A stretch of 64,000 bases of DNA from Guyparkeria sp. (GCA_046261775.1 JBHEOB010000002.1:1430-65429), one strand, 5' to 3'. Positions 9,625 to 20,110 are shown, counted from the stretch's first letter. Made by a program: numbers and translations. The notes: a model not told the origin generated them from the letters alone.

Positions 9625-10551
9625 TCAGGTGAGCTTCGAGTCACCGCTGGACTGGCGGTGCGGGGCATAGAAGGCGGCCAGGGCCAGCACGAGGCCGGAG
9701 ACCGTGGCGATCATGCCGGCTGCACTGACGGCGTCGTCGGCGCCCAGCCAGAGCGGACCGTAGCCGGCCAGTACGTAGCCCATGACCGCCGAGAAGACGG
9801 CAAAGGCCACCGACCAGAGCACCTGGGCCTCGAGACGGTTGGTCATCAGGCGGGCGGCTGCCGGCGGGCAGATGAACATGGCGATCACGATGATCGAACC
9901 CACGGCATCGAAGGAGGCAACGGCCGCGATTGCCGCCATGATCACGAGGCCGAGGCCGATCAGGTTGGTGCGCATGCCCAGCACCTGGGCGAAACCCTCG
10001 TCGAAGGTGGATATTTTCAGGGGCCGCCAGAACACCACGGTGAAGACCAGCATCAACAGCGCCACGATCGCGATGCGAGTCAGCTCGGGCGGCAGACCCG
10101 CCAGCGCGACCGGATCGAACAGCGACTCCCAGCCGCGGGCCTCCACCCAAATCAGGCTCTCGAGATTGCCGTACAGCGCGTGCTGCACGTCCAGGTGAAC
10201 CGAGGAGGTATCGGATTGTTCCAGCAGCAGCACGCCGAAGGCGAAAAGCGCGGTGAAGGCCACGCCCATCGCCGCACCCGGCTCGATACGGCCCAGGCGA
10301 CGAATCAGCTCGATCAGGAGCACCGCCACCACCGCCGCCCCGGCGGCCCCGGCCATCATCGCCCAGGAGTTGACCGTTCCACTCAGGAGAAAGCCGACCA
10401 CGATGCCCGGCAGCACCACGTGACTGATGGCATCGCCGATCAGGGCCTGGCGACGCAACACCAGGAAATTGCCCGGCAGGGCGCAGGCAATCGCCGCGAA
10501 CACGCCGATCAGGATCGGCACCAGCGAGAGCATGACGAATTCGCCACCCAT
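9625..10551 (-). CDS. Mn/Zn/Fe ABC transporter permease (TroD/MntD-like)
   Basis: ABC-3 motifs GDAISHVVLPG and FDEGFA. TGATG overlap with the upstream permease. Confidence 0.9.
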   Translation of the reverse strand: MGGEFVMLSLVPILIGVFAAIACALPGNFLVLRRQALIGDAISHVVLPGIVVGFLLSGTVNSWAMMAGAAGAAVVAVLLIELIRRLGRIEPGAAMGVAFTALFAFGVLLLEQSDTSSVHLDVQHALYGNLESLIWVEARGWESLFDPVALAGLPPELTRIAIVALLMLVFTVVFWRPLKISTFDEGFAQVLGMRTNLIGLGLVIMAAIAAVASFDAVGSIIVIAMFICPPAAARLMTNRLEAQVLWSVAFAVFSAVMGYVLAGYGPLWLGADDAVSAAGMIATVSGLVLALAAFYAPHRQSSGDSKLT

Positions 10552-11768
10552 CAGGCGCACTCCCCGCCGGCGTCGGCGATCTGCCGATCGATCTCGCGGA
10601 TCTCGTCCCGGGTCAGCACGTCCTCGATCGGCAGCAGACCGTCGTAGCGCGACACGGCCGAATCATGCGAGTGCATGCGCCGGGCGACCGCCCAGCGGGA
10701 CTCGTCACGGCAGGCCTTTTCGGCACGCCGCCGTCCCAGTTCGGTGGGCACCCCGTCGGCGCGAGCCAGCCCCGCGCTCACCAGCAACTGCAGGGTATAG
10801 CGCTCGTAGATGGGCAGGTCCTGGGCGATCGCCATCAACCCCTGGCGCAGGTGGATGCGGCGCTGCTGACGACGATGCCGCATCCAGGCGGCCAGCACAC
10901 CTCGGCCCGGGGCAAACAGCAGCGAGACGGCGAACAGGGCAAACGCGGTCAGCACGATGATCGGCCCGGTCGGCAGCGCCGGCGCGGTGGCGGAAATCGC
11001 GGCGCCGACAAAGCCCGACAGCCCACCGAACACCCCGGCAATGGCGACCACCCGATCGCTGCGATTGCTCCAGAAGCGCGCGGTCACCGGCGGGATGATC
11101 AGCAGCGCGACGATCAGCACCAGACCGACCACCTTGAGCCCGATGATGGTCACCGCCAGCACCAGCCCCATCATGGCCAGATCCACCCGGCGCACCTTGA
11201 TGCCCGAGGCCGCCGCAAAGCCGGCATCGAAGGCGACCATGGTCATGGGCCGACGCAGGACCCAGACGACCAGCACCGCCAGTGCACCGGCCACGGCGAT
11301 CAGCACCGCATCCTGGTAGAGCATCCCCGCCGTGGCGCCGAGGAGAAAGTCCTCGAGCCCCGCCGGTCGACCCACCGAGACTGTCTGGATCACCGTCAGC
11401 AACACCACGCCAAAACCGAAAAACACCGACAGGACGGCCCCGATGGCGGCATCCTCGGCCAGGCGCGTGCGACGGGTCAGCCCGTGCATCACCCACAGGC
11501 CCAGGGCCGCGGTCAGCGACGCACCGAGCAACAGCCCCGCCAGGTGCCGTCCGTCACCGCCGAACGCCGTCATGACCAGAAAGGCGAGCCCCACGCCCGG
11601 CAGGGTTGCGTGGCTGATCGCATCGGAAACGAGCGCGCGCTTGCGCAGGAACAGGAAGGTTCCCGAGGCGCCGGCGGCAATGCCCAGCAGGGCCGCGCCG
11701 ATCGCCACCAACGTGGCGTTGTAGCCCAGTTGCAGGGTGAGTGCCTCGATCAACACCGAGGTGCCCAT
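10551..11768 (-). CDS. Mn/Zn/Fe ABC transporter permease with C-terminal DtxR-like extension (TroC/YtgC-like)
   Basis: SDAISHATLPG ABC-3 motif plus a ~110 aa soluble C-terminal tail resembling the DtxR dimerisation region. Confidence 0.85.
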   Translation of the reverse strand: MGTSVLIEALTLQLGYNATLVAIGAALLGIAAGASGTFLFLRKRALVSDAISHATLPGVGLAFLVMTAFGGDGRHLAGLLLGASLTAALGLWVMHGLTRRTRLAEDAAIGAVLSVFFGFGVVLLTVIQTVSVGRPAGLEDFLLGATAGMLYQDAVLIAVAGALAVLVVWVLRRPMTMVAFDAGFAAASGIKVRRVDLAMMGLVLAVTIIGLKVVGLVLIVALLIIPPVTARFWSNRSDRVVAIAGVFGGLSGFVGAAISATAPALPTGPIIVLTAFALFAVSLLFAPGRGVLAAWMRHRRQQRRIHLRQGLMAIAQDLPIYERYTLQLLVSAGLARADGVPTELGRRRAEKACRDESRWAVARRMHSHDSAVSRYDGLLPIEDVLTRDEIREIDRQIADAGGECA

Positions 11769-12583
11769 CAGTGGCCGCCCAGCTGCAGCTGATCCATCAG
11801 GTTGGCGGCCAGCCGCCCCCCGTAGGCATCCTGCAGGTTGTCCTCGGTGAAGGCCTCGGCGACCGGTCCTTCGGCGACCTTGTGCACGTTGATCATCATC
11901 ACGTGATCGAAGTAATCGCGCACCGTGGACAGGTCATGATGAACGGCCACCACCGTGCGGCCGTCGGCCTTGAGTGTCTTGAGCACGTCGATGATGGCCC
12001 GCTCGGTCGCCGCGTCCACGCCGGCGAACGGCTCGTCGAGCAGATAGAGATCCGCACCCTGGGCCAGGGCCCGGGCGAGGAAGACACGCTGCTGCTGACC
12101 CCCGGAAAGCTGGCCGATCTGGCGGTCGGCGAAGTCACGCATCCCGACGCGATCGAGGCATTCGAGTGCGCGCTCACGATGATGCTCGCGCACCGGACGC
12201 AACAGGCCCAGCTCGCGCGCGAGCCCCATCAGCGTCACGTCAATCACGCTTGTCGGGAAATCCCAGTCGACCGATGCCCGCTGTGGCACGTAGGCGATGC
12301 GCTGGCGGGTTTTCGCCAGTGGCTGGCCGTAGACCGACACCACCCCCGACAGCCGCGGCACGATGCCCAACACCGCCTTGAGCGTGGTCGACTTGCCCGC
12401 GCCGTTGGGGCCGATGATGGCCGTCATCGAGCCGTCCTCGACCGTCATGTCGAGCGAGAAAACCGCCGGCTTGTCACCATAGGAAACCGTCAGCCCGCGC
12501 ACCGCCAACGGCTTGTCGGACAAGTCATCCAACGGATGGCCCGACGGCTTGCCTACCATCGCCGTCCGCAGTGACCGGATCAC
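11768..12583 (-). CDS. Metal ABC transporter ATP-binding protein (TroB/MntB-like)
   Basis: GPNGAGKST, YVPQR, LSGGQQQR, LLDEP, VHHDL. Confidence 0.92.
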   Translation of the reverse strand: MIRSLRTAMVGKPSGHPLDDLSDKPLAVRGLTVSYGDKPAVFSLDMTVEDGSMTAIIGPNGAGKSTTLKAVLGIVPRLSGVVSVYGQPLAKTRQRIAYVPQRASVDWDFPTSVIDVTLMGLARELGLLRPVREHHRERALECLDRVGMRDFADRQIGQLSGGQQQRVFLARALAQGADLYLLDEPFAGVDAATERAIIDVLKTLKADGRTVVAVHHDLSTVRDYFDHVMMINVHKVAEGPVAEAFTEDNLQDAYGGRLAANLMDQLQLGGH

Positions 12584-13602
12584 CGCGCCACCTCCGACAA
12601 TCGGCCCTGCATCCCGTCGGCCGGCACCTCGCCGCCAAGCGCACGGACAATGGTGGTGATGTTGTGGTCGATCATGCCGATATAGGTACCTTCATACGTG
12701 CCGGCCGGGCCCATGGCATCGGAATAGAGCGTGCCGGCGATTCGCATCTCGTGCCCACGCGAGGCGGCCCCCTCGACCAGGGCGCGGATATTGCGCTCCG
12801 AAACCGAGCTCTCCACGAACACGGCGGCAATCTCGCGCTCGACCAGCAGGTCGACGAGATCGCGGATCCGACGCAACCCGGCCTCGGACTCGGTCGAGAT
12901 GCCCTGGATGCCGATCACTTTAAATCCATAGGCACGGCCGAAGTAGGCAAAGGCGTCGTGCGCCGTCAGCAGCACCCGGGACTTGTCGGGAACGCTTGAT
13001 GTGACCTCGGTTGCCCACTTATCCAGGCGTTCGATGCGATCGAGGTAATCGCTCGCCCCTTCGCGGAATGTCGCCTCCAGCCCGGGTTGCGCCTCGATCA
13101 TGGCATCACGCACCGAGGCGACCACATCGGTCCAGAGAGCCGGGTCCATCCAGACGTGCGGATCGCGCTTGTCGTCGTAATCCTCGTGGCCGATCAGGCG
13201 CTCATCGTTCAGACCTTCGGCCACAGCGACCACGGTCTGGCGCTTGACCAGACGATGTAGGAATTCCTCCATCTGCGCCTCGAGATAAAGCCCGTGCCAG
13301 AGCACCAGATCGGCCCGCGTCATGGCGACGATGTCGGTGCGGGTCTGGCGATAACTGTGCGGATCGATGCCCGGCCCCATCAGGCCTTTCACCTCGACCC
13401 GATCGGCGCCGATTTCACGTGCCGCATCGGCGATCATGCCGGTCGTCGCGATCACCGACAACCGACTGTCCGCCATACCGATCGACGGACCGAGCCACAG
13501 GGCCAGCGAGGCACCGGCTGCCACTGCCCAATGCAGCAGCAACCGCCGCAGCCTGTTCCGACCGGCCCATACGTGCTCAGCCACCCCCTTGCCCGTCTGC
13601 AT
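12580..13602 (-). CDS. Metal ABC transporter substrate-binding protein (TroA/MntA-like)
   Basis: Cluster A-I ligands DPHSY, DPHVW, TAHDAF, YSDA (His-His-His-Asp as in TroA). Confidence 0.9.
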   Translation of the reverse strand: MQTGKGVAEHVWAGRNRLRRLLLHWAVAAGASLALWLGPSIGMADSRLSVIATTGMIADAAREIGADRVEVKGLMGPGIDPHSYRQTRTDIVAMTRADLVLWHGLYLEAQMEEFLHRLVKRQTVVAVAEGLNDERLIGHEDYDDKRDPHVWMDPALWTDVVASVRDAMIEAQPGLEATFREGASDYLDRIERLDKWATEVTSSVPDKSRVLLTAHDAFAYFGRAYGFKVIGIQGISTESEAGLRRIRDLVDLLVEREIAAVFVESSVSERNIRALVEGAASRGHEMRIAGTLYSDAMGPAGTYEGTYIGMIDHNITTIVRALGGEVPADGMQGRLSEVAR

Positions 13603-13618
13603 GCCTGCGCCCTTGAAT

Positions 13619-13640
13619 AAAGTTAGTCGAGACTAACTTT
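13619..13640. promoter_or_regulatory. Perfect palindrome, probable DtxR/MntR/TroR-type operator
   Basis: AAAGTTAGTC-GA-GACTAACTTT with 10 bp arms and a TTAG..CTAA core, 17 bp upstream of the metal ABC operon. Confidence 0.7.
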
Positions 13641-13815
13641 TTACTTTAGCTTGTCGTAATACAACCCGTCAACAGGGCCGCCCGCGAGCATCCGGTCAAC
13701 ACCCATCGGCTGACATCCGGCCAACTCCGTCGGCTATCTCCTGCGGTGGAGCGTCGACCTGCCCAGCGAGCAGTTCAACTGAAGGAAACTCTGCACGATT
13801 CGATGGCGCCTCTGG

Positions 13816-13919
13816 CTTGCGGGTGTGTTCGCAATCAAGGCGCCGGACCGAAGGCAAGCCCAACGTAGTGACTCGGCCCGTCGAAGGACGGCAACGCCGA
13901 GTGCGGGCAAACCCGCAAG
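13816..13919. repeat. Possible MITE/REP-like palindromic element
   Basis: Imperfect terminal inverted repeats: CTTGCGGGTGTGTTCGCAATC versus GAGTGCGGGCAAACCCGCAAG, in a non-coding stretch. Confidence 0.35.
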
Positions 13920-14234
13920 ACCCATCTGAACGACCCGGGTTGCGCGAGGCCGGAACGGGCCGCCAGGGGCTCATCTGCGGCGCTGCCACCCTTATTGAAT
14001 AGCGATGGCCCTTCACGGCAGACGGTGCCTTGCATCAGGGCCCTTGGGGGTACCGCAGAGCACTATCGAAGCGTGCAGAGCTTCCTGGACCAACCTCGGC
14101 AAACCGTCAACGTACTGACGATTCATGAGTGCCAATGGGTTTTGGCCAGACGCCTCTGCCGGAGCAATGACCCGGGGTGAAAAAAGATGCGTCTCGACGC
14201 GGGCCGGTGGCAGCGAACACGGCAATTGTGATAC

Positions 14235-15920
14235 TTATCGGGCCGTAGGCTCGGCCACGACTACTCGGTTGCGCCCGGCCTCCTTGGCGCGGTAGAGGGC
14301 CTTGTCAACCCGCCCCTCCAACCGTTCCACTGTCTCACCCGCTTCGTAGTTAGCCACGCCCAAGCTGATGGTCACGGGCCCCACGCTATCAAAGGGGCTT
14401 TGCGCCACGGCTTCCCGCAACCGTTCAGCCATTTCGGCGGCTCCTTGTGTATTGGTATGGGGCGCCAGAACCAGAAACTCTTCCCCACCCCACCGACCGT
14501 GGACATCCGACTCGCGGAGGCACTGGTTCACCCGGCGAACGAGCTCGCGCAGAACCTCGTCGCCGGCTTGATGGCCGAAGCGATCGTTGACGGCCTTGAA
14601 GTGGTCGATATCGAGCATGATCAATGAGAAAGGGGTGGTGTAACGCGCATTCTCCGCCCGGCTCTGTTCGAGCCACTTTGAGAGACTGATCCGGTTGTGG
14701 AGCCCGGTGAGGTGATCGTGGGTGGCCAGGCGTTCCAGCTTCTGCTGGGTAACCCGGCGAGCCAGGGCGTTGTGGAGTTGCCGAGCAATGGACTCGAGCA
14801 GTTCCCCTTCTTCGGGAAGGGAAGGAACGGGTGCTTGTCCGGAGTCAAAAAACACCTCCAGATCGACCGGGATTTCAGGGTCATCAATCTCGGCATGCTG
14901 CCGATGCTCCGTCTCGAAAAAGGGTTCGGATACCGCTTTCAGACCACCGGCACGAATGCGTACTGCGGTCCGCTGAGGGCTCGTCCAGCCCGCCGGGAGA
15001 CGGTTGGCGCAGTCATCGAGAAGTGCTTGCAAGGACCGCTCGTCGTCTGTCGTGAGGACGATCACGTCGCGCAGGGTACCAAGCTCCTTGATCCGTTCGC
15101 GCAACTGCCCCTCTATCCGCTTGGCCTCGGAGATATCGTGGAGGATCGACGAGAAGTGCGTCACCTCGTCTTGATCGTAGTGGGCGATGACTATTTGGGA
15201 GACAGGTATTTCGCGGCCTTCGCGGTCCAGCAAGGCTGTCTCCCCCTGCCAGACACCCGCCCGCTCGGCGGCAGGAAGGGCCTCTTCATGAATGCGTCGC
15301 CAGGCCCATTCCGGATGGACAAGCTCCCATATCGCCTCTCGTCTAATCCATTCGGGTAGAGAGGTGGACAAGCCGGTGCGGTCGGTATCTTCACCCAGGA
15401 GCCGCAATCCGGTGGGATTCATGTACATCAGCTGCCCGTCCCGGCCGGATATGAGTACCATGTCGGGCGTGGCGTCGAGGATCGCCAGCACACGGTCCCG
15501 GGAGGCCTCCGCTGCCCAGCGATCGGAAACGTCCCGGATCAGGACTTCCAAAACAGTCCCCTCGGGGGTGTCGATCCGGCTCAGCATCACCTCGGCCGGG
15601 AAATCTTGCCCGTCAAGCCTCCGATGTTGCCAATCGAAGAGGGCCTGACCGCGCTTGACGGCCTCCTTTATCCGGTCGCGGGCGGCCTCTGCGCTGGGTT
15701 GTCCATCCGGCTGAACCGGTGGCGAGATATCGCCCGGATCAGAGGCCCGAAACGCATCTTCGGAGTCGGCGCGGAACATTGCCAACATCGCTTGATTGAC
15801 TTCGAGAATGTGCCTTTTGTCCAGGAACATGATGGCATCCCGGGATTGTTCGAAGGCGGCGCGATATTTAGACATGTCTTTTTCCAAGGCATTACTCTCG
15901 CTGATGTCCGAAGAGCTCAC
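14235..15920 (-). CDS. PAS-PAS-(GAF-like)-GGDEF diguanylate cyclase
   Basis: Two PAS/PAC repeats, DHLTGLHNR, DIDHFKAVNDRFGHQAGD, RESD I-site and RWGGEEF active site. Confidence 0.9.
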   Translation of the reverse strand: MSSSDISESNALEKDMSKYRAAFEQSRDAIMFLDKRHILEVNQAMLAMFRADSEDAFRASDPGDISPPVQPDGQPSAEAARDRIKEAVKRGQALFDWQHRRLDGQDFPAEVMLSRIDTPEGTVLEVLIRDVSDRWAAEASRDRVLAILDATPDMVLISGRDGQLMYMNPTGLRLLGEDTDRTGLSTSLPEWIRREAIWELVHPEWAWRRIHEEALPAAERAGVWQGETALLDREGREIPVSQIVIAHYDQDEVTHFSSILHDISEAKRIEGQLRERIKELGTLRDVIVLTTDDERSLQALLDDCANRLPAGWTSPQRTAVRIRAGGLKAVSEPFFETEHRQHAEIDDPEIPVDLEVFFDSGQAPVPSLPEEGELLESIARQLHNALARRVTQQKLERLATHDHLTGLHNRISLSKWLEQSRAENARYTTPFSLIMLDIDHFKAVNDRFGHQAGDEVLRELVRRVNQCLRESDVHGRWGGEEFLVLAPHTNTQGAAEMAERLREAVAQSPFDSVGPVTISLGVANYEAGETVERLEGRVDKALYRAKEAGRNRVVVAEPTAR

Positions 15921-16071
15921 GGCGATCCCGTCCGGCAGATGGTGAGGATGTACTGGTCAAGCGATCTTGGACAGTTCGTTGAGTGATCTCTCGGTTTTGG
16001 CCGACGTCTTGCCATCCAGATACTGGTGCTCAGCCCGTTGGAGGAAGGTCCGGCGGAGCATACCGGGCGCT

Positions 16072-16734
16072 CTACTTGAGTGGCTCGCGCACGCGCAGCG
16101 CCGCCCGACCGTTCTCGGTGGAGAGCCGGTTGGTGATGTGGCAGAACAGCTCGGCGGTCTTCTGCGCGTCGTAGAGCGCACCGTGAGCCCGACTATTGTC
16201 CCAGTCGAAGCCCGCCGCGGTACAGGCCTTGGCGAGCACCGTCTCGCCGATGGCCACGGCGGCGGCCGTGACCGTGTCGAGCGTGGAGAACGGGTGGAAC
16301 GGATTGCGCTTGTAGCCGGTCCGCTCGCAGGCGGCCTTGACCACCGCCAGGTCGAACGGCGCGTTGTGGCCCACCAGGATGGCTCGGCGCGCGTTGAGCG
16401 CCTTGACCTGACGGCGGATCGGGCGAAAGAAGGCATCCAGGGCGGCACGCTCTTCCACCGCCTCGCGTTCGGGATCCGACGGATCGATACCGTGGATCTT
16501 GATCGAGACGGGATCGACCACGGTCAAGGCGCTGGGATGCACCGAGACGGCGATCTCCTCGGTGGGATAGAGCCGGCCATGCTCGTCGACGTCCAGCAGC
16601 ACGGCCGCCAGCTCCAGCAGGGCGTGGCCCTGCGGATCCAGCCCGCCGGTCTCGACATCGACGACAACCGGCACGAAGCCACGAAAGCGACGCGCGATGC
16701 TCCAGTCGGGCTGTTCGGCAGTCGCCTTGCTCAT
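16072..16734 (-). CDS. rnt: Ribonuclease T
   Basis: RFRGFVPVVVDVETGG, RAILVGHNA, KRNPFHPFS, HGALYD. Confidence 0.95.
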   Translation of the reverse strand: MSKATAEQPDWSIARRFRGFVPVVVDVETGGLDPQGHALLELAAVLLDVDEHGRLYPTEEIAVSVHPSALTVVDPVSIKIHGIDPSDPEREAVEERAALDAFFRPIRRQVKALNARRAILVGHNAPFDLAVVKAACERTGYKRNPFHPFSTLDTVTAAAVAIGETVLAKACTAAGFDWDNSRAHGALYDAQKTAELFCHITNRLSTENGRAALRVREPLK

Positions 16735-16741
16735 CGGGCGC

Positions 16742-17602
16742 TCAATCCAGTCCCAGCCGACGCCGCCAGGAGGTGACGGTGTTGCGCATCAGCATGGCGA
16801 TGGTCATCGGCCCCACCCCGCCGGGCACCGGGGTGATGAAGCCGGCGTGCTCGGCGGCGGCATCGAAATCGACGTCACCATGCAGCGTACCGTCCTCGCG
16901 ACGATGGATGCCGACATCGATCACGATCGCTCCGTCCTTGATCCACTCGCCCTTGACCAGCCCCGACTTACCGGCGGCGACCACTACCAGGTCGGCGCGG
17001 CGCACATGGGCGGCCAAGTCCTCGGTGAAGCGATGACAGACGGTCACGGTCGCGCCGCCGAGCAGCAGCTCGAGGGCCATCGGCCGGCCGACGATGTTCG
17101 AGGCACCGACGACCACCGCCTCGAGACCGTACAGGTCGCGGCCGGTCTCCTCGAGCAGGCGCATCACCCCGTAAGGCGTGCAGGGACGCAGGCCGGGCTG
17201 GCGGATGGCAAGCCGACCAATGTTGGTGGGATGAAAGCCGTCGACGTCCTTGTCCGGATCGATGCGCTCGATGATCGAATCGGCGCTCAGGTGCTCGGGC
17301 AGTGGCAGCTGCACCAGGATGCCGTCGATGCGCGGATCGGCATTGAGCTCGTCGACCAGCGCATCGAGTTCGCCCTGGCTGATCGACTCGTCTAGGTCGT
17401 GCGAAAACGAGGCGATGCCGAGCTTGGCGCAGGCCTTGCGCTTGTTGGCCACGTAGACCGAGGAGGCCGGATCGCCGCCGACCTGCACCACCGCCAGACC
17501 GGGCGGGCGGTGGCCGTTCTCGGTGAAGGCGGCGATCGTCTCGGCAAGCCCGGCGCGCACGGTGGCGCCGACGGCTCGCCCGTCGAGGATTCTTGCGGTC
17601 AT
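16742..17602 (-). CDS. folD: Methylenetetrahydrofolate dehydrogenase/cyclohydrolase
   Basis: [34 protein letters not shown]. Start MTARILDG at 17602. Confidence 0.95.
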   Translation of the reverse strand: MTARILDGRAVGATVRAGLAETIAAFTENGHRPPGLAVVQVGGDPASSVYVANKRKACAKLGIASFSHDLDESISQGELDALVDELNADPRIDGILVQLPLPEHLSADSIIERIDPDKDVDGFHPTNIGRLAIRQPGLRPCTPYGVMRLLEETGRDLYGLEAVVVGASNIVGRPMALELLLGGATVTVCHRFTEDLAAHVRRADLVVVAAGKSGLVKGEWIKDGAIVIDVGIHRREDGTLHGDVDFDAAAEHAGFITPVPGGVGPMTIAMLMRNTVTSWRRRLGLD

Positions 17603-18112
17603 GGGGCGTGTCACATGCGGGGGAAAGGCACGATTGTCGCATGCGCTCCAAGGGGACTCAACGAGACACCCCGTCAATATCGCCCGGTGGTCGTGATACA
17701 CGAATGAAATCCCTGCTTCAGCCTAAACCAAAGCGCTGACCAACGTCCCATCTCGACCGGGCCTGCTCGCCACTATCGTGCCGCTTGTCCTAAAAAATGA
17801 CGGCCGATACCGCGGACAAATTGGAACGGTCGGGGGCAGCCAGGCCAATGGGATGTGTGGAATGGGACCATGGCGGGCCTTATCCCCTCTGAACACGGTC
17901 GGTACGTTTCGAATGAGCCTGCGGGTCCACTCACCACAGAGCACTGCGCCGAAGGCACTCTTATCGCTTGGCCGGAGGCAACAATACAGCTTGCGGCATG
18001 GAGCGCGAGTGCCTTCGAGACCCCCGAAACAGATTGTTGGGGGCAGCCACGGCCCCGAGCCGCGCCAACAGAGTCAGTCCAAACCGGGGCACCAAGAGAA
18101 AGTGAGACCGAA

Positions 18113-20110
18113 TCAAGTCACCTCACCTTTCGAGCGAGCCAGCATGTCCCGCGCCACGCGTCCATCGCGCGTGCGCCGCATCGGCGGCAGCGCATCGAGG
18201 ATCTGCTTGCCGTAGCCCTTGGACTGCAGACGGGGATCGCAGAGCACCATCACGCCGGTGTCGCTCGTGTCGCGGATCAGTCGGCCGACTCCCTGCTTGA
18301 GGGTGATGATCGCCTCGGGCAGCGCCATGTGCACGAATGGCACCAGCCCCTTGTCCTTGAGACGCTGCTCGCGCGCGGCCCGCACCGGATCGCCGGGCGC
18401 GGCAAACGGAATGCGGTCGATCATGACCAGCGACAGCGCCTCGCCGCGCACGTCCACGCCCTCCCAGAAACTCTGGGTGCCGAGCAGCACGCCATTGCCG
18501 GCCTCGCGGAACGCCTCGAGCAGCGCGGACTTGGCCTGGGTGCCCTGCACGAAAAGCGGCAACTCGGTGAGGTGCTCTCCGAGCGTCTCGGCGGCGAGCT
18601 TCAAGGCCCGGTGGGAAGTGAACAGCAGGAACGCCCGCCCACCGCTGGCCTTGAGCAACGGGTAGACCGCCCGCAGCGAGGCCAGGGTGTGTTCACGTGC
18701 CCCGCCCGGGCCACTCGGTTCGGGCAGATTCGACGGCAGGTAGAGCACCGCCTGCCCGGGGAAGTCGAATGGCGATTCGACCTGCTCGCAGTGGGCGTCA
18801 TCGAGGTTCATGCGCCGGGTGAAGTGACTGAAGTCCTTCCCAGCGGCAAGCGTCGCCGAGGTCATGATCCAGGCACGCGGCGCCGACTCGACATGCGACT
18901 TCAATTGCCCGGCGGCGTTGACCGGCGTGGTGTGCAGGGTGAACGAGCGAGTGCGGCGCTCGACCCAGCGCACCGCGTGGCCCTGCGCCTCGGCCTTGCC
19001 CTCGCGGAAGGCGACAAGCTCGTCGCGCAGGCCCTGCGCCCGACCCAGCAGTGCCTGCAGCCCCTTGCCCCGCGGGGCGGCGATCTCCAGTTCACGCACC
19101 AGGCCGTCGAGGGACTCGCCCAGGCGATCGAGCGCCTCGGTGACGCTGGCCTCCTCGGCCAGGTCGGCCCAGGGCACCCGTTCGTTCTCGATGCGGGCCA
19201 ATGCCTCGAGCACCGGGTCGGTCGCACCCTTGAGGGTGTCGGCCGCATCGGCCAGGCCCGGCTGATCGCGCGCCTCGTGTTTCTGCTCGGCGCGGGCATC
19301 GGCGGCAAGATCACGCAACTGGCGCGACCCGATCGCCTCGCCGAAGAACATCGAGGCGATCTCCGGCACTTGGTGGGCCTCGTCGAGGACCACCACGTCG
19401 GTCTCGGGCAGCAGTTCGGCGAAACCGGTCTGGCGCAGGGCCAGATCGGCACAGAACAGGTGATGGTTGATCACCACGATATCCGCCTTCTGCGCCCGAT
19501 CGCGGGCCTTGACCACGAAGCACTCGTCGTAGAGCGGGCAGTCGCGCCCGAGGCAGTTGTCGTTGGTCGAGGTGACCAGCGGCCAGATGTCGTGATCGTC
19601 GCCCACGCCTGGACAGTCGGCGCGGTCGCCATCGATGGTGCGAGTCGCCCAGTCCCGGACGCGGGTAAGTGCCCGGGCATCCTCGCGGCGCGGCAGGCGC
19701 GCCTGCTCGTCGGCCAGGTCGAGGCGATACTTGCACAGGTAGTTTGCCCGCCCCTTGAGCAGCGCCACCTTTGCCGTGACGCCCAGCAGGTCGCGCAGGC
19801 GCGGCAGGTCGCGATCGAACAGCTGGTCCTGCAGGTGCTTGGTGCCGGTGGAGATCAGGGCGCGCTTGCCTGAAAGCAGCACCGGCGCGAGGTAGCCGAA
19901 GGTCTTGCCCACGCCGGTGCCCGCCTCCAGCACCAGGGTGTGCTGATCGTTGATGGCATCACGGATCAGCTCGGCCATGCGCCGCTGGCCCGCGCGGGGC
20001 TGATAGCCCTCGAAGGCCCCGGCCAGTCGGCCTTCCTGGCCGAACACGTCCTCGAGTCCCAGCTGACTCTGGCGGCTCGCATCGCGACTCTGGCGGCTCA
20101 CCTCGGTCAT
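18113..20110 (-). CDS. yoaA: DinG/YoaA-family ATP-dependent DNA helicase (Fe-S)
   Basis: EAGTGVGKT, KGRANYLC, Fe-S cysteines C..C..C, DEAH, SATL, FWEGVD, QGVGRLIR. Confidence 0.85.
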   Translation of the reverse strand: MTEVSRQSRDASRQSQLGLEDVFGQEGRLAGAFEGYQPRAGQRRMAELIRDAINDQHTLVLEAGTGVGKTFGYLAPVLLSGKRALISTGTKHLQDQLFDRDLPRLRDLLGVTAKVALLKGRANYLCKYRLDLADEQARLPRREDARALTRVRDWATRTIDGDRADCPGVGDDHDIWPLVTSTNDNCLGRDCPLYDECFVVKARDRAQKADIVVINHHLFCADLALRQTGFAELLPETDVVVLDEAHQVPEIASMFFGEAIGSRQLRDLAADARAEQKHEARDQPGLADAADTLKGATDPVLEALARIENERVPWADLAEEASVTEALDRLGESLDGLVRELEIAAPRGKGLQALLGRAQGLRDELVAFREGKAEAQGHAVRWVERRTRSFTLHTTPVNAAGQLKSHVESAPRAWIMTSATLAAGKDFSHFTRRMNLDDAHCEQVESPFDFPGQAVLYLPSNLPEPSGPGGAREHTLASLRAVYPLLKASGGRAFLLFTSHRALKLAAETLGEHLTELPLFVQGTQAKSALLEAFREAGNGVLLGTQSFWEGVDVRGEALSLVMIDRIPFAAPGDPVRAAREQRLKDKGLVPFVHMALPEAIITLKQGVGRLIRDTSDTGVMVLCDPRLQSKGYGKQILDALPPMRRTRDGRVARDMLARSKGEVT

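Noticed and set aside
13899-14110. c-di-GMP-I riboswitch (GGCAAAC words near the GGDEF gene)
   Set aside because: Lacks the GNRA loop/receptor and GACGCAAA segment, and is not in a 5' leader.
17855-19873. Long antisense ORFs (also 20896-23346, 36924-39056, 45300-47549 and others)
   Set aside because: Shadow ORFs opposite well-supported genes, expected in high-GC DNA.
20065-20099. 14 bp direct repeat GACTCTGGCGGCTC in the yoaA 5' end
   Set aside because: Small in-frame duplication (SRQS twice) in a variable N-terminus; no sign of function.
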